Shown here: piece by piece, positions 17,766 through 29,072 of the stretch | How the letters are laid out: every line of letters begins with the position of its first letter | Position numbering within the stretch: the stretch's first letter is position 1 | NCBI GenBank assembly: GCA_044450345.1 | Contig: JBIOIY010000021.1 | Span: 1-42,211, forward strand | Length of the DNA stretch: 42,211 nt | Direction: 5' to 3' | Origin: Thermodesulfovibrionales bacterium | GTDB taxonomy: Bacteria; Nitrospirota; Thermodesulfovibrionia; Thermodesulfovibrionales; UBA6898 | Translations under genes and position numbers: made by a program | The notes under the pieces: generated by a model | Told to the model about the DNA's origin: nothing | Databases searched by the model: none | What the model saw: only the letters and a program-made list of their open reading frames with translations

Positions 17766-18803
17766 ATGATCTCGCTGGATGCGATAATAAACAGTCTCGA
17801 AGAGGCCGTTATCCTTTTCGACAAAACGCTGAGGATCGTCTATCTGAATAAGACTGCCGAGGAGCTGCTGAGGAAAAGCTCCAAAGATATAATGATGAAA
17901 AGAATGCCCGAGATTTTGGGGAATGAAAAGGCCATCTCGCCGCTTATAAAGGAGACCATACGCGAGGGACGTTCGTTCAAAGGCAAATCCGTAAGCCTCG
18001 ATATCGGGCAGATCATCAATATCGATTTCCATCTTTCACCCTTCTTTTCGAACGGGAAGATAGAAGGGGCTGTCTTGTCAATCTCTCAGAATATCAATAT
18101 CTCGGAAAGGGAAGAATACGATTTTGATTCCCTCGTCTACCTTATCGGCTCGATCGCCCACGAGATAAAGAACCCCCTTGGGGGGATAAAAGGGGCTGCG
18201 CAGCTTCTGCACAATAAAGCGAAAGATGGGCCTATCGACGAATACGTCGATCTCATTGTGAAGGAAACGGACAGGCTAAACTCTATTCTTCACGACTACC
18301 TGACCCTCTGCAAAAAACCGGCGTTTAACCGGGTAAATATCCACGAGGTGATGGAAAAGGCCCTTTCCATTATGGACGTCCCCTTAAACGCCGCCGGAAT
18401 AACACTGAAAAGGCTGTATGACCCGAGTCTGCCGCAGGTGAGAGGCGATGAGTCCAAACTCCTCCAGGTCTTTTTGAACATTATTAAGAATGCGCTTGAA
18501 TCGATGAAAAAAGGAGGAAGGCTGGAAGTTTCTACTTACCCTTCCAAAGAATCTGTCAGGGAGGGGGGGCGCATAAAACGATGGGCCTTGATTTCGATAA
18601 GAGACACGGGGAGAGGGATCCAGGAAAAGGACCTTCAGAAGATTTTCATTCCTTTCTATACAAGGAAGAAACACGGAACCGGCATAGGGCTTGCTTTGTC
18701 GAGGAAGATAATTAAAGATCACGGGGGGCTCATCACCGTAAAGAGCCTGCCGGGCAAAGGCACAACCTTCTTTATTTACATACCATTTGAGCATAATGGA
18801 TAA
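17766..18803 (+). CDS. ntrB: Nitrogen regulation sensor kinase NtrB-like (PAS-HisKA-HATPase)
   Basis: H-box AHEIKNPLGGIKGAAQLL is typical of NtrB; cytoplasmic PAS domain. Confidence 0.85.
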   Translation: MISLDAIINSLEEAVILFDKTLRIVYLNKTAEELLRKSSKDIMMKRMPEILGNEKAISPLIKETIREGRSFKGKSVSLDIGQIINIDFHLSPFFSNGKIEGAVLSISQNINISEREEYDFDSLVYLIGSIAHEIKNPLGGIKGAAQLLHNKAKDGPIDEYVDLIVKETDRLNSILHDYLTLCKKPAFNRVNIHEVMEKALSIMDVPLNAAGITLKRLYDPSLPQVRGDESKLLQVFLNIIKNALESMKKGGRLEVSTYPSKESVREGGRIKRWALISIRDTGRGIQEKDLQKIFIPFYTRKKHGTGIGLALSRKIIKDHGGLITVKSLPGKGTTFFIYIPFEHNG

Positions 18804-20187
18804 AAAGATCTTAGTCATAGACGATGATGAAAGCATAATCTGGGTCATCAAGAAGGCTCTGGAACCGCTCGGACACGGCATAATCTCGCGGACGAGGCTC
18901 TCGTCGGGTCTCAAGGCGATTCAGGAGGGGCACCAAGTCATCCTCCTTGACCTCATCCTCCCCGACGGAAGCGGCCTGGACGGACTAAGAGAGATACGCT
19001 CATTGCATCCTGACGCGGTCGTCATCATGATCACTGCGCACGCCCAGATGCAAAGCACCATCACCGCCATGAAAGAAGGCGCGTATGATTATCTTGAGAA
19101 GCCTTTCGATATCGAAGAGCTGAAGATAGTGATCGAAAAGGCATTTAGGGACTTTTCCCTAAGGGAGGAACTGAGGGAGCTCAAGAAAGCAGCGTACGAA
19201 ACGGAAAGTCCCCAGATGATAGGCAAGAGCCCGGGGATATTGAAGGTCTTCAAGGACATAGGGAAGGTCGCCCCGAAAGACATAACAGTCCTTATCACCG
19301 GAGAAAGCGGGACGGGAAAGGAACTCGTGGCAAAAGCAGTCCATTACAACAGCAGACGGGGCCACGGCCCTTTCGTGGCCATCAATTCTGCCTCAATACC
19401 GAAAGAGCTGCTTGAGTCCGAGCTTTTCGGCTACAGGAAGGGCGCTTTCACGGGAGCCGTATCCGACAAGAAAGGGAAGATTGAGTCAGCCAGCGGCGGC
19501 ACCTTGTTCCTCGACGAGGTAGCAGATATGGAGCCAGGGCTGCAGGCGAAAGTCCTCCGCTTTCTTCAGGAAAAGGAATTCAGCCCTCTTGGCAGCAATG
19601 ACGTTATGAAGGCGGATGTCCGGATAATAGGGGCGACAAACAAGAACCTCCCCGAAGAAGTCGCAAAGGGACTCTTCAGAGAAGACCTCTACTACCGGTT
19701 CAACGTAGTCCAGATAAAAATGCCCCGTTTGAGAGATCGGAAAGAGGACATTCCTCTCCTTGCAAAATTTTTTCTTCGGGAGGCAGCCGAAAAACTCGAA
19801 ACAGGAGAAAAAGAGCTCTCAAAAGATGCAAAGACAGCACTCCTTAAATACGATTGGCCCGGTAACGTCCGCGAGCTTGAAAATGTCATAAAAAGGGCTT
19901 GTGTGCTTTCTACGGGGGCGGTAATCGAGAAGAAGGACCTCCTCATCGATGAAGATGCCTCTTACTCCATAAAGGACTTTCTGGAAGAAAAATTGAAGCG
20001 GTACCTGAAAGACATGACAAAGGTCACAAATTTTAATCTTTATGGCACCGTGCTTTCCGAGGTCGAGAAGGCACTGATATCCATCGTCCTAAGAGAAACG
20101 AACGGGAACCAACTCAAGACGGCCAGGGTGCTCGGTATAAACCGTAATACCCTTAGGGCAAAGATCAAAGAATACAAGATCAGGTAA
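18796..20187 (+). CDS. ntrC: sigma54-dependent response regulator NtrC-like
   Basis: REC domain, GESGTGKE, GAFTGA, Fis-type HTH GNQ...LGINRNTLRAKI. Confidence 0.85.
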   Translation: MDKKILVIDDDESIIWVIKKALEPLGHGIISRTRLSSGLKAIQEGHQVILLDLILPDGSGLDGLREIRSLHPDAVVIMITAHAQMQSTITAMKEGAYDYLEKPFDIEELKIVIEKAFRDFSLREELRELKKAAYETESPQMIGKSPGILKVFKDIGKVAPKDITVLITGESGTGKELVAKAVHYNSRRGHGPFVAINSASIPKELLESELFGYRKGAFTGAVSDKKGKIESASGGTLFLDEVADMEPGLQAKVLRFLQEKEFSPLGSNDVMKADVRIIGATNKNLPEEVAKGLFREDLYYRFNVVQIKMPRLRDRKEDIPLLAKFFLREAAEKLETGEKELSKDAKTALLKYDWPGNVRELENVIKRACVLSTGAVIEKKDLLIDEDASYSIKDFLEEKLKRYLKDMTKVTNFNLYGTVLSEVEKALISIVLRETNGNQLKTARVLGINRNTLRAKIKEYKIR

Positions 20188-20263
20188 TTCTTTTTTCACG
20201 GTTTTATGCACTATAGACCAGGGTGAAGCCGTATACCGCTATTCCCGATCAGCCAAATTCGCC

Positions 20264-22078
20264 TTAACTTTTGTCCCTGTTTTTCGGCCTCTTGTTCACA
20301 TCGAGGATTTTTTTCCTTATGCGGACGGACGCCGGAGTAATCTCAACCAGCTCGTCCTCCTTGATAAATTCGATCGCCTGCTCCAAGCTGAGTATCCTCG
20401 GGGGGATAAGCTGCAGCGCCTCGTCTGCCCCTGAGGCCCTCATGTTCGTAAGCTTCTTCTCTTTTGTCACATTCACGTCGATATCGCTTTCTCTGGAATT
20501 CTCTCCGACAATCATCCCTTCATAGACAGAAGTGTTCTCCTTTATAAAAAGGGTGCCCCTGGGTTGCAGATGGAAGAGCGCGTAAGTAGTCGTTCTGCCT
20601 GTCCTGTCAGCAACGATTGCCCCTGTGGAACGCTTCGAAATCTGGCCCTGCCAGGGCTCATATCCGTCAAAGATGTGGTTAAGAAGACCGGTCCCACGGC
20701 TATCGGTCAGGAACTGGGATCTGAAGCCTATCAACCCTCTCGACGCTATTCTGAATTCGAGGCGCACCCTCCCGTGACCGTTGTTCGTCATCTTCTGCAT
20801 CCTTCCCCTTCTCATCCCCACTTTCTGGGTCACCACGCCGACAAATTCATCCGGCACGTCGATCACGAGATGTTCCATTGGCTCATGAAGGGACCCGTTT
20901 ATCTCTTTCGTAATCGTCTCGGGCATCGAAACTGAGAGTTCATACCCTTCCCTTCTCATCATCTCGATCAGGATGGCGAGCTGCAGTTCTCCCCTGCCCA
21001 TGACCTTGAACGAATCGGTATTGTCGAACTCGACTTTTATCGCCACGTTGTAGAGGAGCTCTTTTTCGAGCCTCTCCCGCAGGTTTCTGGATGTGACGTA
21101 TTTGCCCTCCTTCCCCGCAAAGGGCGAGGTGTTTATCGAAAAGACCATCGATATCGTCGGCTCGTCGACCTTAATCCTTGGCAGTGGTTTCGGCCGTTCC
21201 AGATCCGTTATAGTATCGCCTATATTGATCCCCTCTATCCCGGCAAGGGCGACGATGTCGCCAACAGAAGCGCTCTCGATATTGACCCTTTCGAGACCCT
21301 GAAATCCGAAGAGCGAGGTGATCTTCGTCTTGTCCGCTTCGTCTTTGCTTTTGATCACCGAGACCCAGTCCCCGACCTTGACAGAACCGGAGAATATCCT
21401 CCCGATGGCGAGCCTGCCGACATAATCGTTATAGTCTATATTCGTCACCAGCAACTGCAGGACTTCGTTTTCATCTGCTTCAGGAGCAGGTATCGTCTTT
21501 AGAATCAAATCCAAAAGGCACCGCAAGTCTCCCACCGAGTCTTCCTCCATCGAGAGTCTCGCCGCGCCGAGTTTTGCATTCGTGTAAACGATCGGAAATT
21601 CAAGCTGTTCTTCTGTGGCATCAAGGTCGATAAAAAGATCGTACACCTCATTGAGCACTTCCTGTATCCTGGCATCCGGCCTGTCTATCTTGTTGATGAC
21701 AAGAATCGGGGGCAGGTTCAACTCAAGGGCTTTCTTGAGGACGAACCTCGTCTGGGGAAGAGGCCCTTCCGAAGCGTCGACAAGCAGAAGCACGCCGTCG
21801 ACCATCTTAAGCGTACGTTCGACTTCACCGCCGAAATCGGCATGCCCCGGCGTATCCACAATGTTTATCTTGCAGCCGTTATATTGGACTGCGGTGTTCT
21901 TCGCCATGATCGTGATGCCCCGTTCGCGCTCAAGGTCGATGTTGTCCATCATCCTTTCCTGCACCCTTTCGTTCGAGCGGAACAGGCCCGACTGTTTCAG
22001 CATCCCGTCGAGGAGCGTAGTCTTGCCATGGTCGACATGGGCGATAATAGCTATATTTCTCAAATCTTCACGCTTCAC
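20264..22078 (-). CDS. typA: Translational GTPase TypA/BipA
   Basis: [42 protein letters not shown] start with AGGAG SD. Confidence 0.97.
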   Translation of the reverse strand: MKREDLRNIAIIAHVDHGKTTLLDGMLKQSGLFRSNERVQERMMDNIDLERERGITIMAKNTAVQYNGCKINIVDTPGHADFGGEVERTLKMVDGVLLLVDASEGPLPQTRFVLKKALELNLPPILVINKIDRPDARIQEVLNEVYDLFIDLDATEEQLEFPIVYTNAKLGAARLSMEEDSVGDLRCLLDLILKTIPAPEADENEVLQLLVTNIDYNDYVGRLAIGRIFSGSVKVGDWVSVIKSKDEADKTKITSLFGFQGLERVNIESASVGDIVALAGIEGINIGDTITDLERPKPLPRIKVDEPTISMVFSINTSPFAGKEGKYVTSRNLRERLEKELLYNVAIKVEFDNTDSFKVMGRGELQLAILIEMMRREGYELSVSMPETITKEINGSLHEPMEHLVIDVPDEFVGVVTQKVGMRRGRMQKMTNNGHGRVRLEFRIASRGLIGFRSQFLTDSRGTGLLNHIFDGYEPWQGQISKRSTGAIVADRTGRTTTYALFHLQPRGTLFIKENTSVYEGMIVGENSRESDIDVNVTKEKKLTNMRASGADEALQLIPPRILSLEQAIEFIKEDELVEITPASVRIRKKILDVNKRPKNRDKS

Positions 22079-22301
22079 GATTATGTTCTCCTCTGATTCT
22101 GTCTCCTTGATTTGCTGCGACGATGCCTGAAAGGCAGGACTCTGAGCGCCATGAATGCAAATACCTGATTCAATGCAGAGAGACTGTATATATAGTTTAC
22201 AGGGGAAAGGACGGAAATAGCAACGTCTCATTATATATAGGCAATGCGTTTTTTCCCCGGCACGGCAGTCTTTGCCCCACAGTCTAAGAAACGAGAGTTC
22301 G

Positions 22302-23279
22302 TCAATTAATGGTCAGGCGTTCCCAGTCCCGATATACAGCCTCTAGTTTCCCCGTCTCGATAAAGTCCTCTTTGACAAGAAGATAGTTCCCCTTTTCGAT
22401 TTCTTCACTCCCCATGCAGGCCGCAGTCAGTATCTGCTCATGAGAAAGTCCCGCCTTTCTGAAGAGCCTAAGCTCTTCAAAGTAGGACGTGCCATGCCCC
22501 ACTCCCTTCGACCCGCTGTCGGTCCCGACCTGTAATTTTACACCTGCTGCGCATGCATACCGGATGGAAAAAAGGTGCCCTTCGACTACTTCTTCGATAT
22601 ACCGCCGCTGACCATCTGGGAGGGATTCAGTGATGCTGAGCAAAGCAAAGACGGTCGGCGTCCATGGGACTCCTGAATCTGCCATCATCTTGAGCGTTTC
22701 CTTGGAGACAAAAAACCCGTGCTCGATAGAAGCCGCGCCGGCGACTACCGCGTCCCTTATCGCAGGGTCGGAGTCTGCATGGCATACCATCTCCAGCTTC
22801 TTTTTTTTCGACTCGGCGCTGATAGCCTTCAACTCTTCCAGTGTGAAGCCCCCGGTAGTCACAGGCGGCATGCCCCTGGAGCTGACTACCCCGGAATTTA
22901 TGACCTTTATGAAATCAGCGTCGGCATCCGCGATCTCATCTACGACTTTTTTTATTTCTTCCTTGCCGTTGACACCTTTCCCGAGAAATTCTCCATACCC
23001 ACCTGTTTTATAAATCGCAAAACCAGCGGTTTTCACCGCGATCTTTCCTTCCAGGCGCGACTTTGCGGCTAATCCCGAGCCCGTACGGTGTCCCATGTCG
23101 GTAACAGCAAATATGCCGCATTCAGCGTATGCTTCCCCCATCCCGGAAACTTCCTGAGCGGATGCGGATCTTCCGTCAGTCATAAAATGCATGTGGGCAT
23201 CACGGAAGGGGGGGATCCGATAAATACTAAGCGATTTATCATAGAGATATATTTCGCCGGGGCACATCTGGAAACCCAC
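22302..23279 (-). CDS. Metal-dependent amidohydrolase superfamily protein
   Basis: DAHMH, FIKV, CHA, IEHG and GTDSG metal-ligand motifs. The start is uncertain. Confidence 0.85.
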   Translation of the reverse strand: MGFQMCPGEIYLYDKSLSIYRIPPFRDAHMHFMTDGRSASAQEVSGMGEAYAECGIFAVTDMGHRTGSGLAAKSRLEGKIAVKTAGFAIYKTGGYGEFLGKGVNGKEEIKKVVDEIADADADFIKVINSGVVSSRGMPPVTTGGFTLEELKAISAESKKKKLEMVCHADSDPAIRDAVVAGAASIEHGFFVSKETLKMMADSGVPWTPTVFALLSITESLPDGQRRYIEEVVEGHLFSIRYACAAGVKLQVGTDSGSKGVGHGTSYFEELRLFRKAGLSHEQILTAACMGSEEIEKGNYLLVKEDFIETGKLEAVYRDWERLTIN

Positions 23280-23321
23280 TTTCAGGTATCCACCTGAAGA
23301 AGCACATCAACCCGTCGTGCT

Positions 23322-24743
23322 CTACTGGAAAGCGATGCGCGCAAGATGGACGACGGAGCCCGGAAGCACACCGATTACGAGAACGCCGGCAAGCGTTATC
23401 GCAAGCGCGAGACCCATTGAAGGAGACGTTGTGATCGCGACAGTCTCTTTCGGCTCTTTCATATACATATACATGACTATGCGGAGATAGAAATAAGCGG
23501 ATATGGCGCTGAATATTACCGCGATGATCACGACCCATGTGTACCCGGCGTTTATGGCGCTCATAAAGAGATAGAATTTTCCCATAAAGCCCGCTGTCGG
23601 GGGGATTCCCGTCAGGGAGAACATGAAGACCAGCATACATGCAGCAATCAGCGGATGGGTCTTCGAAAGTCCTTCATAGTCCGTGATCTTGTCCCCTTTG
23701 AACCCTTCGGTCCTCAGCATGATAATAACGGCAAAGGCCCCGATATTCATAAAGGCATAGATCATCATATAGTTCATAACACTCGCTAGGCCGTCGGAGG
23801 TCCCTGCGATGACGCCCAGAAGGGCGTACCCCGCATGGGCTATCGAAGAATAGGCCAGCATTCTCTTTATGTTCGTCTGCGAAATAGCGACTATGTTCCC
23901 CACACCCATAGTGAGGATCGCGATCGGGATGAGTACCGGCGTCCACTGAGGTTTGATCGGATAAAGGGCGTAAAGCAAGACCCTCCCCATCACCGCAAAA
24001 CCTGCCGCCTTCGGCCCGACAGACATAAATGCCGTGATCGAGGTAGGGGCCCCTTCATACGCATCAGGGGTCCACATATGGAACGGGACAGCGGCAATCT
24101 TGAAAGAAAATGCGATCGTAAGAAAGACCATCGCAAGCATAAGTGCGGGATTCTCAGTCAGTCCATGATGCGTAATATAATCGGCAATGGCCTTGAGGTT
24201 CGTAGTGCCCGTCAGGCCATATATAAGGGAAGTTCCGTAAAGCAGAAATGCCGATGCAAACGCGCCGAGCAGGAAATACTTTATCGCGGCCTCATTTGAT
24301 TTCGTATCGTGACGGATAAATCCGGCAAGGATATAAGTGCTCAAGGCCATAAGCTCAAGGCCCAGGTAAAGGACGATCAAGTCTCCTGCGGACGCCATAA
24401 TCATCATCCCAAGTGTCGAAAAAAGTATTAGGCAGTAATATTCGCCGAAGTTCACTTTTTCGATACCGATATACTTTACTGAAATAAGTACGGTGAGGAT
24501 AACATTCAGGACAAAGATGTATTTGAAGAACATGCTGTAGCCGTCCGAAATGAACATCCCGTTGAAGGCGGTGCCAAGGGAGCCACTGAATGTGTAGGCC
24601 GCAGCAGACACACATATTATGCTCAGGAGGCCTATCGTCTCTTTCCTCTTTATGACGAGGTCCGACAACAGGATGGCGAGTGACAACACCATCACAATAA
24701 TCTCGGGCGTCAAGGGTCTAAGACCGGGCGTCATAAACTGCAT
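23322..24743 (-). CDS. nuoN: NADH-quinone oxidoreductase subunit N
   Basis: EAAIKYF, FKIAAVPFHMWTPDAYEGAP, KRMLAYSSIAH. Confidence 0.96.
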   Translation of the reverse strand: MQFMTPGLRPLTPEIIVMVLSLAILLSDLVIKRKETIGLLSIICVSAAAYTFSGSLGTAFNGMFISDGYSMFFKYIFVLNVILTVLISVKYIGIEKVNFGEYYCLILFSTLGMMIMASAGDLIVLYLGLELMALSTYILAGFIRHDTKSNEAAIKYFLLGAFASAFLLYGTSLIYGLTGTTNLKAIADYITHHGLTENPALMLAMVFLTIAFSFKIAAVPFHMWTPDAYEGAPTSITAFMSVGPKAAGFAVMGRVLLYALYPIKPQWTPVLIPIAILTMGVGNIVAISQTNIKRMLAYSSIAHAGYALLGVIAGTSDGLASVMNYMMIYAFMNIGAFAVIIMLRTEGFKGDKITDYEGLSKTHPLIAACMLVFMFSLTGIPPTAGFMGKFYLFMSAINAGYTWVVIIAVIFSAISAYFYLRIVMYMYMKEPKETVAITTSPSMGLALAITLAGVLVIGVLPGSVVHLARIAFQ

Positions 24744-24774
24744 TGGAACCTCCTGGATCTCATATGCATATTGA

Positions 24775-26313
24775 TCATCTGATAACCTCTCTGATGGTGC
24801 TCGCGATCGTCGGCCCGTGCACGCCGCCCGTATTCACTCTTTCAATAAGATGCTCGACCGACTTATGGAGGAACCCCAGAAAGGTGTCCGGATAGATACC
24901 TATCCAGAATATCAACGCCACCATAGGAAGAAGGGTGATAATCTCCCTCGCGTCCATATCATGAAGACCGGCCACCTTCGGCTTAGTCTCCATAAAAAAC
25001 ACCCTCTGATAGAGCCAGAGCATATAACCGGCGCCGATAATGATACCCGTCGCGGCGAGAACACCGGCCCACTGGTTTGCAGTAAATCCTCCGAGGATTA
25101 TCAGGAACTCCCCGATAAAGCCGTTTGTCGAAGGCAGGCCGATCGACGCAAGGGTAAATACGATGAATAAAGAGGAATAAAGAGGCATCACCGATGCTAC
25201 TCCACCGTAATCCGCAATCTGCCTGGTATGCGTCCGGTCATAGATGACCCCAACGCTCAAGAAGAGAGCGCCGGTAATAATACCATGGTTCACCATTTGG
25301 AGGATGCCGCCTTCCATGCCCTGGATATTGAGTGCAAAGATCCCTAGAGTCACAAACCCCATGTGGCTCACAGAACTGTAGGCGATAAGTCGTTTGAGAT
25401 CAGTCTGCGCGAGACAGATCACGCCGCCGTAAATGATCGCGATCACCGATAGCGTCAGCATGGCCGGCGTCATCGCCTTTGAAGCCTCAGGCAGTATCGG
25501 CAGGGAAAACCTCAGGAAACCATATGCGCCCATTTTTATAAGTATGGCGGCAAGTATGACGCTGCCGGCCGTAGGGGCCTCGGTATGGGCATCAGGAAGC
25601 CAGGTGTGGACAGGGAACATGGGGACCTTCACCGCAAAGGCGGCAAAGAAGGCCCAGAAAAGCCAGAGCTGCATCTGATAAGGATATACACGGGTGGACA
25701 GTTCCACAATGTCAAAAGTCCGGCCGGAATAGAGATAAAGCACGATTATGCCGACCAGCATCAGCACGCTTCCCACAAGGGTAAAAAGGAAAAACTTCAC
25801 GGCCGCATAGACCCTGTTAGGCCCGCCCCAGACGCCGATCAGAAGGTACATGGGAATGAGCATCGCCTCCCAGAAGATATAAAAAAGGAAGAAGTCCAAA
25901 GAGCAGAATACCCCGATCATCGCGCCTTCAACCATAAGGAGCGAGATATAGAACTCCTTTGTCTTCGTCTTTATCGAATTCCACGATATGAGGACACACA
26001 AGATAATGATGAGCGTCGAGAGCAGCACAAAGAGGATGCTTATGCCATCCAAGCCAAGGGAATAATTGATGTTCCAGGCAGGTATCCACTGATGCCGCTC
26101 GACAAACTGCATAACGTGGGTAGTTTTATCGAATTTAGTAAAGAGCGGGAGCGAGATTACAAATATTATTACGCTTAATACGAGAGTGAAAACTCTGATG
26201 AGCCCCTCCTGGGACCTGGGGATCAGAAGGAGTAGGGCCGCGCCCGCGACAGGCAGGAATATCAAGGTGCTGAGTATCGGGAATCCCAAGCTGTTTGCCA
26301 TTACCTGTTCCAT
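24775..26313 (-). CDS. nuoM: NADH-quinone oxidoreductase subunit M
   Basis: FWEAMLIPM, VKVPMFPVHTWLPDAHTEAP. Confidence 0.96.
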   Translation of the reverse strand: MEQVMANSLGFPILSTLIFLPVAGAALLLLIPRSQEGLIRVFTLVLSVIIFVISLPLFTKFDKTTHVMQFVERHQWIPAWNINYSLGLDGISILFVLLSTLIIILCVLISWNSIKTKTKEFYISLLMVEGAMIGVFCSLDFFLFYIFWEAMLIPMYLLIGVWGGPNRVYAAVKFFLFTLVGSVLMLVGIIVLYLYSGRTFDIVELSTRVYPYQMQLWLFWAFFAAFAVKVPMFPVHTWLPDAHTEAPTAGSVILAAILIKMGAYGFLRFSLPILPEASKAMTPAMLTLSVIAIIYGGVICLAQTDLKRLIAYSSVSHMGFVTLGIFALNIQGMEGGILQMVNHGIITGALFLSVGVIYDRTHTRQIADYGGVASVMPLYSSLFIVFTLASIGLPSTNGFIGEFLIILGGFTANQWAGVLAATGIIIGAGYMLWLYQRVFFMETKPKVAGLHDMDAREIITLLPMVALIFWIGIYPDTFLGFLHKSVEHLIERVNTGGVHGPTIASTIREVIR

Positions 26314-26320
26314 TATATGC

Positions 26321-28240
26321 CTACCTCAAGAGCATCCAGGCAACTATTATCAGTATGCCCGCTGCCATTATCGTTGCGTAGTGGTGAAGAAATCCGGTCT
26401 GCACCTTCCTTAACTGCCTGCTGAACCCTCCGATAGCAGCGGGGACCCCGTTGACTACCGCCTCTATCATCTTCGCGTCAGTGATCCCGATGAGGACGTT
26501 TTTTGCTATCCATATAGTCGGCCTTATGAGAATAAAGCTGTATAATTCGTCCACGTAATATTTATTGAAGAGGACTTTATAGGCGCCGCTAAACTGCGCT
26601 GCAAGTTTCGCCGGCAAATCTTTCCTGACCATATACATGAAATAGGCAAGGCCGATGCCAAATAAACCCGCGGCAATAGAGACCACCACCACCATCCATT
26701 CGTCGGCAGGAGTACCATGGCCCTCCGGATGTCCGAGCACCGGTTTCATGAATTCCGTGAAGTGCGCCCCGCCTCCTAACAGATGCGGTATCCCTACCCA
26801 GCCCGCGGCAACCGCACCTACGCAAAGAAGCACCAACGGGACCGTCATTGACTTGGGCGATTCATGAAGATGATGTTCCTGTTCATGAGTACCGCGGAAC
26901 TCACCGTGGAAGGTGAGGAATATAAGCCTGAATGAATAAAATGCCGTAAGGAATGCTACGAATGTGCCGATGGCCCATACGACTTTGCCAACCGGGTTTG
27001 GGCTTGAATAGGCGAGCCAGAGGATCTCGTCCTTGCTGAAAAAGCCTGCAAGGGGTGGTACCCCAGCAATACTGAATGATGCGATAAGCATGGTCAAGTA
27101 CGTAACAGGCATATACTTCTTTAGTCCGCCCATCTTTTGAATGTCCAGTTCACCGGCCATGGCGTGCATCACGCTTCCGGCGCAGAGAAAGAGTAATGCC
27201 TTGAAGAAGGCGTGCGTATACAAATGAAATACCCCGGCAGTGTAAGCGCCGACCCCGCATGCAAGAAACATATAGCCCAGCTGGCTCACGGTCGAGTACG
27301 CAATGATCCTTTTTAAGTCGTTCTGCACAAGACCAATTGTCGCAGCAAACAGCGAGGTAATCGCTCCTGTCAACGCTACAACGGTGAGGGCCGTCTCCGA
27401 AAGGCTGAATATCGGGCTGCACCTGGCAACAAGAAATACGCCTGCGGTCACCATCGTGGCGGCATGGATAAGGGCGCTGACAGGTGTGGGGCCTTCCATC
27501 GCATCAGGCAGCCAGACGTGAAGCGGCATCTGCGCCGATTTTCCGACCGAGCCGCAGAAAAGGAGCAGCGCGACGAGTGTCATAAGGTGGACATCGTAGC
27601 CCAGGAAGTTCACGGTCTTGGCAGCGAAGGCGTTGGCCTGACTAAAGACAGGCGCATAGTAGACCGTGCCGAAGGTGAGGAATATTATGATGATCCCGAG
27701 GCCGAATCCGAAATCGCCGAACCTGTTTACGATGAACGCCTTTTTCCCGGCGTCCGAGGCTGACTTTTTGTTGAAGTAATACCCGATGAGGAAGTAGGAA
27801 CACAGGCCTACACCCTCCCATCCGAAGTAGAGCTGAAGGAAATTATTCGCCATTACGAGCATGAGCATGCAGAAGGTGAAGAGGCTCATGTAGGAAAAGA
27901 AGCGGTAATATCCCTTATCGCCGTGCATGTAGCCTGCGGAGTATATATGGATAAGCGTGCTGCACGTAGTAACTACGATAAGCATCACCGCAGTAAGCTG
28001 ATCAATAAGGAAACCGACCGATACCTTGAACCCTCCCGATGATATCCATGTATAGAGGTCCTCGTTCAGTGTCTTTCCGGAAACGACATCGAGGAGCGTG
28101 GCGACGGAGACTACCCAGGAGCCGGCCACCGCGATGATCGCGACCCAATGAGCCTTGTCTTTTATGATGCCCCGCCCGAGGAGGATATTAATCAGAAAGG
28201 CCGCAAACGGTAAAAAGGGTATCAGCAAATAATTTTGCAT
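26321..28240 (-). CDS. nuoL: NADH-quinone oxidoreductase subunit L
   Basis: GKSAQMPLHVWLPDAMEGPTPVSALIHAATMV. Confidence 0.97.
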   Translation of the reverse strand: MQNYLLIPFLPFAAFLINILLGRGIIKDKAHWVAIIAVAGSWVVSVATLLDVVSGKTLNEDLYTWISSGGFKVSVGFLIDQLTAVMLIVVTTCSTLIHIYSAGYMHGDKGYYRFFSYMSLFTFCMLMLVMANNFLQLYFGWEGVGLCSYFLIGYYFNKKSASDAGKKAFIVNRFGDFGFGLGIIIIFLTFGTVYYAPVFSQANAFAAKTVNFLGYDVHLMTLVALLLFCGSVGKSAQMPLHVWLPDAMEGPTPVSALIHAATMVTAGVFLVARCSPIFSLSETALTVVALTGAITSLFAATIGLVQNDLKRIIAYSTVSQLGYMFLACGVGAYTAGVFHLYTHAFFKALLFLCAGSVMHAMAGELDIQKMGGLKKYMPVTYLTMLIASFSIAGVPPLAGFFSKDEILWLAYSSPNPVGKVVWAIGTFVAFLTAFYSFRLIFLTFHGEFRGTHEQEHHLHESPKSMTVPLVLLCVGAVAAGWVGIPHLLGGGAHFTEFMKPVLGHPEGHGTPADEWMVVVVSIAAGLFGIGLAYFMYMVRKDLPAKLAAQFSGAYKVLFNKYYVDELYSFILIRPTIWIAKNVLIGITDAKMIEAVVNGVPAAIGGFSRQLRKVQTGFLHHYATIMAAGILIIVAWMLLR

Positions 28241-28250
28241 ATCTTTCCTT

Positions 28251-28553
28251 TCATCCCTTCATTTCGTTCATTTCATCGACATCGGCCGTGGTCTTGTTCC
28301 TGAAGAGGGCTATGATGATCGCCAGACCTATCGCCGCTTCGGCCGCTGCAACAGTAACGATAAAGAAGACAAGGACCTCGCCCCTCATGTCCTGAAGGTA
28401 ATGGCTGAAAGACACCAGGCTGATGTTGACCGCGTTCAGCATAAGTTCTATCGACATAAACATGATGATGATATTTCTCCTCGTGAGAAAACCGAATACG
28501 CCGATCGCAAATACCACGGCGCTGAGCATTAAATACCAGTGTAAGGGGACCAT
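28251..28553 (-). CDS. nuoK: NADH-quinone oxidoreductase subunit K
   Basis: [20 protein letters not shown]. Confidence 0.97.
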   Translation of the reverse strand: MVPLHWYLMLSAVVFAIGVFGFLTRRNIIIMFMSIELMLNAVNISLVSFSHYLQDMRGEVLVFFIVTVAAAEAAIGLAIIIALFRNKTTADVDEMNEMKG

Positions 28554-28556
28554 GTC

Positions 28557-29069
28557 CTAACTCCTCGTCCTTTTTTTTGCGAGCACAATAGCCCCGATAA
28601 TCGAGATCAGCAGGATAAGCGAAGCTATCTCGAATGGGAAGAAATATTCCGTATACAGGACTTGTCCCAAGACTTTTGTGAAGGTCTCTTTCTGTATATA
28701 GTCGATCGTATACTTTCCAGAAATGCCGGGGACAAAGGAACTCACCGCGAAACCCATGCCGACCAATAGCCCGAGCGCAATAACGAGCCCGGCCGGCCAG
28801 GACCCGATAAACCGGGGCGTCTGCAGTTCCTCCCTGAGGTTAAGGAGCAGAACAACGAACAAAAAAAGTACCAGTATCGCCCCGGCGTACACGATCACCT
28901 GTATCGCCGCGATGAATTCGGCATTGAGGAAAAGATACATGCTCGCGAGATTGAAGAAGAGAAGAAGCATCCACATGACGCTGTGCACCGGGTTCCTTCT
29001 CGTCACCACAAGGAGAGAAAGGCCGGTGATCACCACGGCAAAATATCCAAAGAACAATTTAGGCAGCAT
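28557..29069 (-). CDS. nuoJ: NADH-quinone oxidoreductase subunit J
   Basis: NPVHS, QVIVYAGAILVLFLFV, PFEIAS. Confidence 0.96.
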   Translation of the reverse strand: MLPKLFFGYFAVVITGLSLLVVTRRNPVHSVMWMLLLFFNLASMYLFLNAEFIAAIQVIVYAGAILVLFLFVVLLLNLREELQTPRFIGSWPAGLVIALGLLVGMGFAVSSFVPGISGKYTIDYIQKETFTKVLGQVLYTEYFFPFEIASLILLISIIGAIVLAKKRTRS

Positions 29070-29072
29070 TTC

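Noticed and set aside
23322..28240. Possible 2M-type complex I or hydrogenase-like complex
   Set aside because: There is a single nuoM, NuoL is of normal length, and NuoD lacks NiFe-binding cysteines.
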